Shown here in pieces: positions 10,243 to 22,127 of a DNA stretch of 64,000 nucleotides; positions within the stretch are counted from its first letter, which is position 1, and each line of letters opens with the position of its first letter. A model generated the notes under the pieces. It did not search any database and was not told the DNA's origin. It was given only the letters and a program-made list of their open reading frames with translations. The stretch spans positions 224,001 to 288,000 of the forward strand of contig CAVSNY010000006.1 in the NCBI GenBank assembly GCA_963729605.1, in the 5' to 3' direction. The stretch is from an uncultured Gammaproteobacteria bacterium (GTDB lineage Bacteria; Pseudomonadota; Gammaproteobacteria; DRLM01). Made by a program: the position numbers and the translations under genes.

Positions 10243-11007
10243 TTATCTCGCCCCCACGGCGCGGGGCATCTCGGCCGCGACCAGCTCGCTGTGTAAATGG
10301 AAAGTGGAGCGCCGCTCCGCGGTCTTGTCGCCCATGACGGACTGGGCGAATTGCTCGAACAGGTGTTCGACGTTCACCAAGAAGGGGTATCGTTCGCCGC
10401 GATGCCAGGCCGGCTCCCCCACTTGCTGCAACTCTAAAGGCAATATATGCGTTATCACTTTGGACAATGCCTTGGTAATGAACATATACCAATGCTGGAC
10501 GCCGGACTCATGACTATAAGCCACCGCCGCATCCAGCAATACCCGGAGGATCTCGGCGGTACGTAAACGCTTGCGCAACTCGGACGGCGCCATGCCGATC
10601 ACCCCCTCGGCGCTCACCGGTGACAGGGGGCTCGGCGTTTCACAAGGCAAGACCTGACTAGGCACGCGACGGCGGTAATGACCGATCATGCATAAGCGGG
10701 AGATTTCCAATACTTGATCGGCGGGGGGCCGCAGCCCCTCTTCTATCGTGGTGCGCGTCTCCATGGGCAAGGCCTTCCCGCGGGGAAAGACCATACGCAT
10801 CGCGGCGACCCATTGATCGGTGCCCCGCTCCCGCACCAAAAAGTGGGCCGCCTGGTCATCCCACTCGTCTTTTTCCTCCCCCTCGGGGAAATAAGCGGGA
10901 TCCTCGAAACCCGTCTCCACACAAAACACTTGATAACGGAGTTGATAATGTACACGGCGGCTCCACTCGTCGTCCGCCAGAACGACTTCAAAAGATTCCT
11001 TAAACAT
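10243..11007 (-). CDS. PEP-CTERM/exosortase-associated GNAT-fold acyltransferase (N-acyl amino acid synthase-like)
   Basis: LRYQVFCVETGFE, EKDEWD, LEISRLC, HRGERYPF motifs. Confidence 0.8.
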   Translation of the reverse strand: MFKESFEVVLADDEWSRRVHYQLRYQVFCVETGFEDPAYFPEGEEKDEWDDQAAHFLVRERGTDQWVAAMRMVFPRGKALPMETRTTIEEGLRPPADQVLEISRLCMIGHYRRRVPSQVLPCETPSPLSPVSAEGVIGMAPSELRKRLRTAEILRVLLDAAVAYSHESGVQHWYMFITKALSKVITHILPLELQQVGEPAWHRGERYPFLVNVEHLFEQFAQSVMGDKTAERRSTFHLHSELVAAEMPRAVGAR

Positions 11008-11428
11008 GATTGTCTCCCTGGCCTATCCCTTTTAATGGATGAGGGCCATCCAAAATTCTATCCATGCCGGGCATGACGACGCCCGCCCCAAACCTCTATT
11101 GCTGATCCTTCACCACCCATGGCGCACATCCGACAGATTGCCGCCCGAGTGTTACATTGGTTTGACTTGAGATAGGTCTATCTCCCGCTGACGCACGCGC
11201 CTATCCAAGACGATTTTCTCAACGCCTCGCCGACCCACTAGGTAAAGAAGCTTCACGATACGAAAACAGGGCTGACAACCCCTCGAGCAACCCTGGCGCA
11301 GAGTGAATTTTAATTCTTAAATACAATCGGTTAATCTTAGAGTGCTCCCTTTTGAAACCCTACCCTCTCAATGGGGGAGACAATAGCCCGTGATCGAAAT
11401 TTATGTCAACGAATCCAACCATTTTTTA

Positions 11429-11446
11429 CGTCTCCGTTTAGAGACA
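11429..11446. promoter_or_regulatory. Putative GlrR/QseF-type enhancer site
   Basis: CGTC-TCCGTTTAGA-GACA, one mismatch to TGTC-N10-GACA, directly upstream of a glrK-like gene. Confidence 0.5.
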
Positions 11447-11640
11447 TTACGCGAAATAAACGGCGTGGCGCCTTACTCTATTGTCCGATCATTCTCCGAC
11501 GGAAGACCGCCCGAGGGTGGCGACGGTGATCTATAATCAACCCTCCTTCGGGGGGAACCAGGCGAGCGGCCCGCGCCGCGGGTGAAATCGAGGCATCACA
11601 TCGCCCAAGCGGCCGCCAGGCACCGCCAGCGGCCCCGGCA

Positions 11641-13173
11641 ATGACCTTGCGCCAGGGGATAAACGACGTCTTACGGGATAACAACACGATGCCAGCCATC
11701 AGCAGCCAACCCACCGCCAAGTCACTGTACTTTTATGGCCCCAAGTCTTTCCTGACCCTGGTCTTGATCGGTTTCGGCGTGGTCGCCCTGCCTTTGACCT
11801 TCGCCCTGATTTACGGCGCCATCCATGTCGACCGGCTCGCCACTCAAAGCCAAACCACGGTTTATAAAGCGGTGCGGACCACGCAACACACCCGCATGCT
11901 GCTGGAACAACTGACCGCCATGGAACGCACGGCCCGCCAATACCGGGTATTGGGCGATGCCGCGCTTTTTCAGGTATACGCCGAGAAACATCAAAATTTT
12001 CAGGTGACGGTGAATGTGTTGTTGGAGGCGATTCAAAATCCGTCGGTGACCGCGCAACTGCATGCCCTCGCCGAAAAGGAGAGGCGGCAATTTCACCTGC
12101 TCAGCGGCGGCAACGCCGATTCGGCGCGGGCTGAGGCCGCGATCGGACACTTCATCGAATTGACCGCGATCGCCCAAAACATTCTGGCCGAGAGCAACCA
12201 GGTCATCGATGAAGAGGTGGCCGCCATGCATCAGGCCACCGAGCGGACCTTAAAAGCGTTCTTGTGGCTGGCGTTCTCATTGGGGCCGGCGGCGGTGATC
12301 TTCGCGGGCGTCTTCGTCGTCCTGCTCAACCGCCCCATAAAACAAATCGACCAGGCCATCCGCCAGCTCGGCGGCGGGCAATTCTCGACCCCGGTCACCG
12401 TCACCGGTCCGCGCGACATGGAATACCTCGGCCAGCGCCTCGAATGGCTGCGCCAACAGCTCGCCGACCTCGAAAAACAAAAAACCAATTTCATCCGCCA
12501 TGTCTCGCACGAATTGAAAACTCCGCTCACAGCCTTGCGCGAAGGCGCGGAGCTGCTGGCCGACGAAGTGGTCGGCGGCCTGCGCGGCGAACAAAAGGAG
12601 GTGGTGAGCATCCTCCAGCAAAACAGCATCAAGCTGCAGAAACTCATCGAAGATCTGCTCAACTTCAACGTCGCCGCCGGGCCGCAGGCCTACAACCATA
12701 GCGAACCGCTGCGGCTCGACCGGATCATCGTCAACGTCGCCAACGATCACAAACTCAGCATGGTCGCCAAAGGCATCCACCTGCAAATGGATATCCCGCC
12801 GGTGACGCTGGAGGGCGAGCCGGAAAAGTTGCGGCTAATCGTCGACAACCTGCTCTCCAACGCGGTTAAATATTCGCCTCACGGCGGCACCATCCGCCTC
12901 GCGTTGCGGGAACAGGGCAAGCACGTTATCCTCGACGTGCACGATTCGGGACCCGGTATCGGTCCCGAGGAGTCGTCGAAGATTTTCGAGGCGTTTTATC
13001 AAGGCCAGGCGCCGGTTGACGGTTACATCAAGGGTTCCGGCCTGGGTTTATCCATCGCACGGGAACACACGCTTGCCCATGATGGCCGGATCGAAGCCCT
13101 GCCCGACAGCGAGGGCGCCCATTTACGGGTCACGCTTCCCCACAAACAAATCAAACATACCCATGCTGCATAA
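11641..13173 (+). CDS. glrK: Sensor histidine kinase, GlrK/QseE-like (start uncertain)
   Basis: Two TM segments, HAMP, SHELKTPL H-box, NLLSNAVKYSP, GSGLGLSI; operon with a lipoprotein and a sigma54 regulator. Confidence 0.82.
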   Translation: MTLRQGINDVLRDNNTMPAISSQPTAKSLYFYGPKSFLTLVLIGFGVVALPLTFALIYGAIHVDRLATQSQTTVYKAVRTTQHTRMLLEQLTAMERTARQYRVLGDAALFQVYAEKHQNFQVTVNVLLEAIQNPSVTAQLHALAEKERRQFHLLSGGNADSARAEAAIGHFIELTAIAQNILAESNQVIDEEVAAMHQATERTLKAFLWLAFSLGPAAVIFAGVFVVLLNRPIKQIDQAIRQLGGGQFSTPVTVTGPRDMEYLGQRLEWLRQQLADLEKQKTNFIRHVSHELKTPLTALREGAELLADEVVGGLRGEQKEVVSILQQNSIKLQKLIEDLLNFNVAAGPQAYNHSEPLRLDRIIVNVANDHKLSMVAKGIHLQMDIPPVTLEGEPEKLRLIVDNLLSNAVKYSPHGGTIRLALREQGKHVILDVHDSGPGIGPEESSKIFEAFYQGQAPVDGYIKGSGLGLSIAREHTLAHDGRIEALPDSEGAHLRVTLPHKQIKHTHAA

Positions 13174-13744
13174 TTGGCGAACCTTCTTCCTTGTTATCAC
13201 CGCGCTGGGCGTCACGGCCTGTAGCGGCGTAAAGACTCAACCGTCCGTAAGCGCCCCGCCGGCGGCGCGGGCCGCAGAACCGGTGCAGCCCGATCTTGAA
13301 TTGGACGCGCTGGTCACCACCCGCTGGTGGCTGGATTACCACCGCAACATGCACGCCCCGCTGCCAAACACGCTGACCGCCGAATACAAAAGCGCGGCGG
13401 CGGCCTGGTCGTCCGACAACTCCCTGCACAACCGCCTGCGCATGATCACCCTGCTCAGTTTGCGCGACGCCCCTTTCTACGACCCGGAACGGGCGCTCAA
13501 ATTGCTCAACGAGCTCATCGACGAGCCCGACGGGCAACCCAAAATAATTCAAGACGCCGCCGTCCTGGTGAAATCGAATATTCTCACCGTACTGCAGGAT
13601 CAGAAAAAGATTCAAACCCTCGCGGGTAAAATTAAGGAATTGCAAAATAACAACACGGCCATTCAGCAGCAGCTGGATGCCTTGAAGGAAATCGAACGAA
13701 GCATTTACGAACGCCGCAAAGTCGAGGTGACCAATAAACAATGA
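13163..13744 (+). CDS. Lipoprotein in the QseG/YfhG position
   Basis: Lipobox VTAC; C-terminal coiled coil ending LDALKEIERSI. Confidence 0.75.
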   Translation: MLHNWRTFFLVITALGVTACSGVKTQPSVSAPPAARAAEPVQPDLELDALVTTRWWLDYHRNMHAPLPNTLTAEYKSAAAAWSSDNSLHNRLRMITLLSLRDAPFYDPERALKLLNELIDEPDGQPKIIQDAAVLVKSNILTVLQDQKKIQTLAGKIKELQNNNTAIQQQLDALKEIERSIYERRKVEVTNKQ

Positions 13745-15108
13745 ACCGCGCCAAAGGAAAAGTATTACTGATTGACGACGACCCCGGTCTGCTGCGGCTG
13801 ATCTCGATCCGGCTCAACACCGCCGGTTATGACGTCATCCCGATGGACAGCGGCGAACGAGCGCTCGCCCAGTTCTCCATCCATCGGCCTCAGGTAGTGG
13901 TCACCGATCTGCGCATGAACGGTATGGACGGCATGGCGGTGTTCGAGGCCGTCCATCAACGTTATCCCATGATCCCGGTGATCATCCTCACCGCCCACGG
14001 CACCATCCCCGATGCGGTGAACGCCACCAAGCGTGGCGTGTTCGGTTTTCTCACCAAACCCTTCGAGAGTAAGACGCTGCTCGACCAAATCAACAAAGCC
14101 ATCGAGATCAGCGGCAACAGCCAGATCGCCGACACCGAAACCACCGGCGACACCGGTTGGCGCCGCGAAATCATCACCCGCAATCCGGTGATGGAGGACG
14201 TGCTGCATCAGGCGCGCCTGGTCGCGGAAAGCGACATCAGCGTGTTCATCCACGGCGAGAGCGGCACCGGCAAAGACCTGCTGGCCCGCGCCATCCACAA
14301 GGCCAGTCCGCGTCACGATCAGTCCTTCGTCGCCATCAATTGCAGCGCCATCCCCGAACCCTTGCTCGAATCGGAATTGTTCGGCCACAGCAAAGGCTCG
14401 TTCACCGGCGCGACCCGCAACCACAAGGGCCTGTTTCAGGCCGCGGATAAAGGCAGTTTATTCCTCGATGAAATCGGAGATATGCCGCTCTCGCTGCAAG
14501 CGAAGTTGTTGCGGGTGCTGCAGGACCGCGAAGTGCGGCCGGTCGGCGCCACCGAGGCGGTCAAGGTGGATGTGCGCGTGATCTCCGCGACTCACCGCAA
14601 CCTCGAACAAGCGATGCTCCAGGGCCATTTCCGCGAAGATCTGTATTACCGCCTCAACGTGGTCGCCCTGGAAATCCCCGCGCTGGCCCAACGCCGCGAA
14701 GACATTCCGCTGCTCGCCAGCCATTTCCTGGCCCGGCTCGCCGCGAAGAACCGGCGCGAGATCGAAGGCTTCTCGCCAGAGGCCCTGGAATTGATGATAG
14801 GGGCGCCCTGGCCGGGCAATGTGCGGCAATTGCTCAACGTCGTGGAGCAGGTGGTCGCCCTGTCCACCACGCCGATCGTGCCGGCGTCGCTGGTGAATAA
14901 AGCCTTGCGCAACGAGTCGGGAGACATCCTCTCCTTCGCCGACGCCCGCAATCGCTTCGAGCGCGATTATCTGGTGCAATTACTGCAAATCACCCAAGGC
15001 AGCGTCACCCAGGCCGCGCGGCTGGCCAAACGCAACCGCACGGAGTTTTATAAATTGCTGCGCCGTCATCATCTGGAACCCGGCCTCTTCAAGGAAGCCG
15101 CCTTCTAG
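13741..15108 (+). CDS. glrR: Sigma54-dependent response regulator GlrR/QseF-like
   Basis: Receiver domain, GESGTGKD, ESELFGH, GSFTGA, C-terminal RNRTEFYKLL HTH. Confidence 0.87.
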   Translation: MNRAKGKVLLIDDDPGLLRLISIRLNTAGYDVIPMDSGERALAQFSIHRPQVVVTDLRMNGMDGMAVFEAVHQRYPMIPVIILTAHGTIPDAVNATKRGVFGFLTKPFESKTLLDQINKAIEISGNSQIADTETTGDTGWRREIITRNPVMEDVLHQARLVAESDISVFIHGESGTGKDLLARAIHKASPRHDQSFVAINCSAIPEPLLESELFGHSKGSFTGATRNHKGLFQAADKGSLFLDEIGDMPLSLQAKLLRVLQDREVRPVGATEAVKVDVRVISATHRNLEQAMLQGHFREDLYYRLNVVALEIPALAQRREDIPLLASHFLARLAAKNRREIEGFSPEALELMIGAPWPGNVRQLLNVVEQVVALSTTPIVPASLVNKALRNESGDILSFADARNRFERDYLVQLLQITQGSVTQAARLAKRNRTEFYKLLRRHHLEPGLFKEAAF

Positions 15109-15130
15109 ACTCCGCCGCGTCGCGGGACTT

Positions 15131-16711
15131 TTAGTGCTCCCGCGTCGCCAGGAATTGAATCTCCGGCCAACGCTCCATGGTCAGATTCAAATTGACCCGG
15201 GTCGGCGCCAGGTAAGTAAGGTCGCCGCCGCCGTCCAAGGCCAGGTTGTCGTGGGCCTTGCGGCGGAATTCCTCAAGACGTTTGGCGTCGTCGCACAGCA
15301 CCCAGCGCGCCGTCGCCACCGCCGCCGCCTCGAAAATGCATTCCACGCCGTATTCATCTTTCAGCCGTTGCGCCACCACGTCGAACTGCAACACCCCCAC
15401 CGCGCCCAGGATCAAATCATTGCTATTGAGCGGCCGGAACAACTGGGTGGCCCCCTCTTCGCACAACTGTTCCAGGCCCTTCTGCAAGGCCTTCATCCGC
15501 AGCGGATCGCGCAGCCGCGCGCGGCGGAACAACTCCGGCGCGAAGTGGGGGATGCCGGTGAACTTCAACACCTCCCCTTCGCTGAAGGTATCGCCGATCT
15601 GGATGGTGCCGTGATTGTGCAGACCGATGATGTCGCCGGGATAGGCGTCTTCCACCTGCTCCCGCTCGCGGGCCATGAAGGTGATGGCGTTGGCGATTTT
15701 CACGTCGCGGCCCAACCGTACCTGATGCAGCTTCATGCCCTTGCTGTAGGCGCCGGAACACACCCGCATGAAGGCGATGCGATCGCGGTGCGCCGGGTCC
15801 ATATTGGCCTGGATCTTAAATACGAAACCCGTGAATTTTTCTTCATCGGGCGACACGTCGCGACTGGTGGCATGGCGCGGCAAGGCCGCGGGGGCGTATT
15901 CCGCCATGGCGTTCAACAAATCCTCGACGCCGAAATTATTCACCGCCGAACCGAAAAACACCGGCGTCAGCCGGCCGGCGCGATAGGCCGCCAGGTCGAA
16001 CTCATGGCTGGCGCCCTTGACCAACTCCACTTGATCGCGAAACTCGCGGGCCATGCCGCCGAACAAATCGTCCAGCCGCGGATTATCCAATCCCTCGATC
16101 ACCTCGCCCGCCTGAATGCGGCCGCCGTGGGTGGAACTGAATAAATGCACGCTGTTGGTGTAGAGATTGAACACGCCTTTGAAACCCTTGCCCATGCCGA
16201 TGGGCCAGGTGATGGGCGCGCATTGAATCTTGAGCACCGATTCGACCTCGTCCAACAGATCGATGGGCTCGCGGCCTTCGCGGTCCAGCTTGTTGATGAA
16301 GGAGATGATCGGCGTATCGCGCAGGCGGCACACTTCCATCAGCTTGATGGTGCGCTCCTCCACGCCCTTGGCGCTGTCGATCACCATCAGCGCCGAATCC
16401 ACCGCGGTGAGGGTGCGGTAGGTGTCCTCGGAGAAGTCTTCGTGACCGGGGGTGTCGAGCAGATTAACCACCACGCCCTGATAGGGGAACTGCATCACCG
16501 AGGTGGTGACCGAGATACCGCGCTGTTTTTCCAGCTCCATCCAATCCGAGGTGGCGTGACGGGACGCCTTGCGCCCTTTCACCGCGCCCGCCAATTGGAT
16601 GGCACCACCATAGAGCAGGAGTTTTTCGGTGAGGGTAGTCTTGCCGGCGTCCGGGTGCGAAATGATGGCGAACGTGCGCCGCCGCGCCGCCTCTGCTGCG
16701 ATACTTGCCAT
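15131..16711 (-). CDS. prfC: Peptide chain release factor 3
   Basis: [25 protein letters not shown]-terminal TREH. Confidence 0.97.
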   Translation of the reverse strand: MASIAAEAARRRTFAIISHPDAGKTTLTEKLLLYGGAIQLAGAVKGRKASRHATSDWMELEKQRGISVTTSVMQFPYQGVVVNLLDTPGHEDFSEDTYRTLTAVDSALMVIDSAKGVEERTIKLMEVCRLRDTPIISFINKLDREGREPIDLLDEVESVLKIQCAPITWPIGMGKGFKGVFNLYTNSVHLFSSTHGGRIQAGEVIEGLDNPRLDDLFGGMAREFRDQVELVKGASHEFDLAAYRAGRLTPVFFGSAVNNFGVEDLLNAMAEYAPAALPRHATSRDVSPDEEKFTGFVFKIQANMDPAHRDRIAFMRVCSGAYSKGMKLHQVRLGRDVKIANAITFMAREREQVEDAYPGDIIGLHNHGTIQIGDTFSEGEVLKFTGIPHFAPELFRRARLRDPLRMKALQKGLEQLCEEGATQLFRPLNSNDLILGAVGVLQFDVVAQRLKDEYGVECIFEAAAVATARWVLCDDAKRLEEFRRKAHDNLALDGGGDLTYLAPTRVNLNLTMERWPEIQFLATREH

Positions 16712-17127
16712 GAAATTCTTTATAACGACGTTGACTGAAAAGGTTGCGCATTATACACAGCGGGCTCGCTTCCCTGAAACCGGCAAGACAGCGCCGGTCC
16801 CGGCGGACACTTCCCTCCGGCGCGCATGGCGCCACACGCCATCTCGTCCATCACGCCCTCGGTCGGCGGCACACGTAAACAAATAAATAATTCCGCAATG
16901 TGATGAAACCTCCACTCTTTCTCGAGTGTCGAAAAAATGACTACCGAAAAGACTTAAGCTAGGGAAATTCTGAAATTGGGACCGGCCGGACGGCGGTCGC
17001 GTCCGGCGGTATCCGGCGGGCATGGACCTGATTAACTAATTGTCTATAATCGGATAAGTACTGTGATAATTGGAGTGCAGTCCGATTCCGTGGAGATGCC
17101 GACCGACACTGAAACCGTGTAAGAGTA

Positions 17128-17145
17128 TTGGCCTGATAGTTGCAA
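17128..17145 (+). promoter_or_regulatory. Sigma54 promoter of the prkA-yeaH-spoVR operon
   Basis: TTGGCCTGATAGTTGCAA (GG 17130-31, GC 17142-43), about 100 bp before the ATG. Confidence 0.7.
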
Positions 17146-17244
17146 ATTCTCGTCTGAGTGCCAATACATAGGATAGACAGCGTCAAAGCGACACCCTCGG
17201 CATTGGGCGGCGGCGCCCCCGCAAAGCATGGGAGAGAACTGATT

Positions 17245-19167
17245 ATGAGTATCTTCGATAGTTACCAGGCGCGATATGAAGAAGCTCGGCAAGAAGAGCT
17301 GACCCTCAACGAATATCTCGAAATTTGCAAAACCGACCCCGCCGCTTATGCCACCGCGGCCGAGCGTCTGCTCATGGCGATCGGCGAACCGGAACTGCTG
17401 GACACCAGCAAGGATTCCCGCCTTAGCCGCATCTTCGCCAACAAGGTCATGAAAATCTATCCCGCCTTCCGCGATTTCTACGGCATGGAAGAGACCATCG
17501 AGCAAATCGTCGCCTTCTTCCGCCATGCGGCCCAGGGTCTGGAAGAGAAAAAACAGATTCTCTACCTGCTCGGCCCACCGGGCGGCGGCAAATCCTCGCT
17601 GGCGGAGAAACTCAAATCGCTGATGGAGCACATCCCCTTCTACGCGATCAAGGACTCGCCGGTGAACGAATCGCCGCTCGGACTGTTCTCGCGCCAGGAA
17701 GACGGTCGTATCCTCGAAGAAGACTACGGCATCCCGCAACGCTATCTAGGCAAGATCATGTCGCCTTGGGCGGTCAAACGCCTGCACGAATACAACGGCG
17801 ACATCACCAAGTTCAAGATAGTGAAGCGTCTGCCCTCGATCTTGCGTCAAATAGCCATTGCCAAAACCGAACCCGGCGACGAAAACAACCAGGACATCTC
17901 CAGCCTGGTGGGCAAGGTCGATATCCGCAAACTCGAGCAATTTTCACAAGACGACCCCGACGCCTACAGCTACTCCGGCGGCCTGTGCCTGGCCAATCAG
18001 GGCATGCTTGAATTCGTCGAGATGTTCAAGGCCCCCATCAAGGTGCTGCACCCCTTGCTGACCGCCACTCAGGAAGGCAACTACAAAGGCACGGAAGGGT
18101 TCGCGGCCATCCCCTTCGACGGCATCATCCTCGCGCATTCCAATGAATCGGAGTGGCAGGCCTTCCGCAACAACAAAAACAACGAGGCCTTCCTCGATCG
18201 CATTTACATCGTCAAGGTGCCGTATTGCCTGCGCGTCCACGAGGAGATGAAGATCTATGAAAAACTGCTGACCAACTCGTCGCTATCCAATTCGCCGTGC
18301 GCGCCCGGCACCTTGGAAATGATGGGCCAGTTCGCGATCCTGTCCCGCGTCAAGGACCCGGAAAATTCCAGCATCTATTCCAAGATGCGGGTCTATGACG
18401 GCGAAAATCTCAAGGACGTCGATCCAAAATCCAAGTCCTATCAGGAATACCGCGACTTCGCCGGCCCGGACGAAGGCATGTCCGGCCTGTCCACCCGCTT
18501 CGCCTTCAAGATACTCTCCAAGGTGTTCAATTACGATCATTCGGAGATCGCCGCCAACCCGGTACACTTGCTGTACATCCTCGAACAACAGATCGAGCAG
18601 GAGCAGTACCAGCCGGAAGTGAAGGACCGTTATCTCTCCTTCCTCAAAGGTTATCTGGCGCCGCGCTACGCGGAATTCATCGGCAAGGAAATTCAGACCG
18701 CCTATCTCGAATCCTATTCCGAGTTCGGGCAAAACATCTTCGACCGCTACGTCACCTACGCCGACTACTGGATCCAGGATTCGGAATACCGCGACCCGGA
18801 TACCGGCGAATTCCTCGACCGCGCGGCCCTCAACAGCGAACTGGAAAAGATCGAAAAACCGGCGGGCATCAGCAACCCGAAGGATTTCCGCAATGAGATC
18901 GTGAACTTCGTCCTGCGGGCGCGGGCCAATAATGCCGGCAAAAATCCCTCGTGGACCAGTTACGAGAAACTCCGCGAGGTGATCGAGAAAAAGATGTTCT
19001 CCACTACCGAGGATCTGTTGCCGGTGATTTCATTCAACGCCAAATCGACGTCGGACGACAAAAAGAAGCATGAGGAGTTCGTCAACCGTATGGTGACCAA
19101 GGGCTACACGCCCAAGCAGGTTCGCCTGTTATGCGAGTGGCACCTGCGTACCCGTAAATCGTCTTAA
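17245..19167 (+). CDS. prkA: PrkA/YeaG serine protein kinase (AAA+)
   Basis: [31 protein letters not shown]. Confidence 0.95.
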   Translation: MSIFDSYQARYEEARQEELTLNEYLEICKTDPAAYATAAERLLMAIGEPELLDTSKDSRLSRIFANKVMKIYPAFRDFYGMEETIEQIVAFFRHAAQGLEEKKQILYLLGPPGGGKSSLAEKLKSLMEHIPFYAIKDSPVNESPLGLFSRQEDGRILEEDYGIPQRYLGKIMSPWAVKRLHEYNGDITKFKIVKRLPSILRQIAIAKTEPGDENNQDISSLVGKVDIRKLEQFSQDDPDAYSYSGGLCLANQGMLEFVEMFKAPIKVLHPLLTATQEGNYKGTEGFAAIPFDGIILAHSNESEWQAFRNNKNNEAFLDRIYIVKVPYCLRVHEEMKIYEKLLTNSSLSNSPCAPGTLEMMGQFAILSRVKDPENSSIYSKMRVYDGENLKDVDPKSKSYQEYRDFAGPDEGMSGLSTRFAFKILSKVFNYDHSEIAANPVHLLYILEQQIEQEQYQPEVKDRYLSFLKGYLAPRYAEFIGKEIQTAYLESYSEFGQNIFDRYVTYADYWIQDSEYRDPDTGEFLDRAALNSELEKIEKPAGISNPKDFRNEIVNFVLRARANNAGKNPSWTSYEKLREVIEKKMFSTTEDLLPVISFNAKSTSDDKKKHEEFVNRMVTKGYTPKQVRLLCEWHLRTRKSS

Positions 19168-19189
19168 CCATACAGGACGGGCATATAGC

Positions 19190-20458
19190 GTGTCGCAATT
19201 CATCGACAGACGGCCCAATGGCAAAAACAAAAGCGCGGTCAACCGCCACAAATTTATCCGGCGCTACAAAAACCAGATAAAAAAGGCGGTGTCCGATGCG
19301 ATCGCGGAGCGCAGCATCACCGATCTCAACCGGGGTGAAAAAATCAACATCCCGGCGAAAGACATCTCGGAACCGGTGATCCACCATGGGCCGGGCGGTC
19401 ATCGCGAGACCGTCCATCCCGGCAACACCGATTTCGTGACCGGCGACCGCCTGCCCCGTCCGCTGGGCGGGTCGGGCGGCGGTGGCAGCGGCAAGGCCAG
19501 CGACAGCGGCGAAGGCCTCGACGACTTCGTCTTTCAAATCTCCCGCGAGGAATTCCTCGATCTGTTCTTCGAGGATTTGGAACTGCCCGATCTGGTCAAG
19601 ACCCAATTGCAAAAACTCATGCGGGAAAAGACCGTGCGCGCCGGCTACACCAACGACGGCGTCCCCACCAACATCAATATCATCCGTTCGCTGAAAGGCG
19701 CGCTCAGCCGGCGCATCGCGCTGCGCTCGCCGCTGCAGGGTCAATTGCGCGAAGCGGAAAAGGAACTGGAGGCGCTGTTGTTGTTGCATGGCGAGTCCGG
19801 TCCCGGGATCGCCGTGTTGCGCGAAAAGATCGCTCACCTGAAGGCCAGGATCAAGGCAGTGCCTTTCATCGACACCTTCGATCTGCGTTACAACAACCGG
19901 GTCAAACAGCCCTATCCTTCCAGCCAGGCGGTGATGTTTTGCCTGATGGACGTCTCCGGCTCCATGGACCAGGGCAAAAAGGATATGGCCAAGCGTTTTT
20001 TCACGCTGCTGTATTTCTTCCTCACCGGCACCTACGAACACATCGATCTGGTCTTCATCCGCCACCACACCATCGCCAAGGAAGTGGATGAAAACGAATT
20101 TTTCTACTCGCGGGAAACCGGCGGCACGGTGGTCTCCAGCGCGCTCAAGCTCATGGAGGAGATCATCGATAAGCGTTATTCGCCCTCGGAGTGGAATATC
20201 TATGCCGCGCAGGCCTCCGACGGCGACAACTGGAGCGACGACTCGCCTTTATGCAAAGAGGTGCTCACCAAATCCATCATGCCGCGAGTGCAGTATTACG
20301 CCTACATCGAAATCACCGAAGACACGCCGCGCGGCTTGTGGCGCGAATTTCAAAACGTCAAACGAGCCTGTCCCAATTTCGCGATGCAGCGCATCGAGAA
20401 GGCGGCCGATATCTTCCCGGTTTTCCGCAAACTCTTTAAGAAAAAGGCCGCGGCATGA
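19190..20458 (+). CDS. yeaH: YeaH/YhbH (DUF444) protein
   Basis: [36 protein letters not shown]. Confidence 0.93.
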   Translation: MSQFIDRRPNGKNKSAVNRHKFIRRYKNQIKKAVSDAIAERSITDLNRGEKINIPAKDISEPVIHHGPGGHRETVHPGNTDFVTGDRLPRPLGGSGGGGSGKASDSGEGLDDFVFQISREEFLDLFFEDLELPDLVKTQLQKLMREKTVRAGYTNDGVPTNINIIRSLKGALSRRIALRSPLQGQLREAEKELEALLLLHGESGPGIAVLREKIAHLKARIKAVPFIDTFDLRYNNRVKQPYPSSQAVMFCLMDVSGSMDQGKKDMAKRFFTLLYFFLTGTYEHIDLVFIRHHTIAKEVDENEFFYSRETGGTVVSSALKLMEEIIDKRYSPSEWNIYAAQASDGDNWSDDSPLCKEVLTKSIMPRVQYYAYIEITEDTPRGLWREFQNVKRACPNFAMQRIEKAADIFPVFRKLFKKKAAA

Positions 20459-21954
20459 GCGACAACAAGCTGCCCTATACCTCGGAGTGGACCTACGAGT
20501 TATTGCAGCGCTACGACGAAGAAATCGCCAAGATCGCCGCGGGATACCGCCTCGATACCTATCCCAATCAAATCGAAGTCATCAGTGCCGAACAGATGAT
20601 GGACGCCTATTCCTCGGTGGGCATGCCGGTGGGTTATCACCACTGGTCCTTCGGCAAACAATTCCTCAGCGTCGAACAGCGTTACAAACGCGGCCAGATG
20701 GGCCTCGCCTATGAAATCGTGATCAACTCCAATCCCTGCATCGCCTATCTCATGGAGGAAAACTCCATGACCATGCAGGCCCTGGTGATCGCCCACGCCG
20801 CCTACGGCCACAATTCGTTTTTCAAAGGCAATTACCTGTTCCGCACCTGGACCAATCCGGATTCGATCATCGACTATCTGGTATTCGCCAAAAAATACGT
20901 GGCGGAATGCGAGCGGCGCCACGGCGAAGAAGAAGTGGAACTGATCCTGGATTCCTGCCATGCCTTGATGAATTACGGCGTGGACCGTTACAAGCGCCCG
21001 CCGCGCCTCTCGGCGCAAGAAGAAAGAATGCGGCAGCGTGAACGCGAGGAGTTTCTTCAATCTCAAGTGAACGATCTATGGCGGACCATCCCCAGGACGG
21101 ATTCCGCCGCCGATGCCGCCAAGGCCGCGCGCTTCCCCCCCGAGCCTCAGGAAAACATGCTGTACTTCATCGAAAAAAACGCGCCTTTATTGGAACCGTG
21201 GCAACGGGAGCTGGTGCGCATCGTGCGCAAAATCGCCCAATATTTCTATCCGCAACGGCAAACCCAGGTCATGAACGAGGGCTGGGCGACCTTCTGGCAC
21301 TACACCATACTCAACACCCTCTATGAAAAAGGCCTGGTCACCGACGGTTTCATGATCGAGTTTTTGAAGACCCACACCAACGTAGTCTCCCAGCCGCCTT
21401 TCAACAGCCCTTATTATTCGGGCATCAACCCGTACGCGCTGGGGTTCGCCATGATGAGCGACATTCGGCGCCTATGCGAAAATCCCACCGAAGAAGACCG
21501 CCACTGGTTTCCCGAACTGGCCGGCACCGATTGGGTAAAGTCGCTGGACTTCGCCATGCGTAATTTCAAGGACGAGAGTTTCATCGCCCAATATCTCTCG
21601 CCCAAACTGATCCGCGACTTCAAGCTCTTCAGCGTGCTGGACGACGACACCGACAATCACATGGAGATCTCCGCCATCCACGATGAAAACGGTTACCGCC
21701 GGGTGCGGCGGGTGCTGGCCGGTCAATACAATCTCAGCATGCGCGAGCCCAATATCCAGATCTACAGCGTCAACCTGCGCGGCGACCGCTCGCTGACCCT
21801 GCGCCACACCCAGCACCACCGCCAACCCCTCGCCGACGACATCAACGAAGTCCTGCGCCATTTCACCCGGCTATGGGGATTCACCGTGAAGCTCGAAACC
21901 GCCGGCGAGGACGGCAAGATCGAAACCACTCATGAATGCGAGCGGGAACACTGA
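20455..21954 (+). CDS. ycgB: SpoVR family protein (YcgB)
   Basis: [30 protein letters not shown]. Confidence 0.93.
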   Translation: MSDNKLPYTSEWTYELLQRYDEEIAKIAAGYRLDTYPNQIEVISAEQMMDAYSSVGMPVGYHHWSFGKQFLSVEQRYKRGQMGLAYEIVINSNPCIAYLMEENSMTMQALVIAHAAYGHNSFFKGNYLFRTWTNPDSIIDYLVFAKKYVAECERRHGEEEVELILDSCHALMNYGVDRYKRPPRLSAQEERMRQREREEFLQSQVNDLWRTIPRTDSAADAAKAARFPPEPQENMLYFIEKNAPLLEPWQRELVRIVRKIAQYFYPQRQTQVMNEGWATFWHYTILNTLYEKGLVTDGFMIEFLKTHTNVVSQPPFNSPYYSGINPYALGFAMMSDIRRLCENPTEEDRHWFPELAGTDWVKSLDFAMRNFKDESFIAQYLSPKLIRDFKLFSVLDDDTDNHMEISAIHDENGYRRVRRVLAGQYNLSMREPNIQIYSVNLRGDRSLTLRHTQHHRQPLADDINEVLRHFTRLWGFTVKLETAGEDGKIETTHECEREH

Positions 21955-22127
21955 GCCCCGGCCGCTTAAGTCGTCACATCCCCAAAGTTAACCCGTTCTC
22001 AATCCCCGGGATTGCCGCCCGATCTTACTAAAAGTTTTCCATTCAGCTCCCGATAACCCCCTTACGTAAATCGAAATGGGCATCCGCTGGGCGCGTCCGG
22101 CCTATAAAATCACTGGGAAATCAACAG

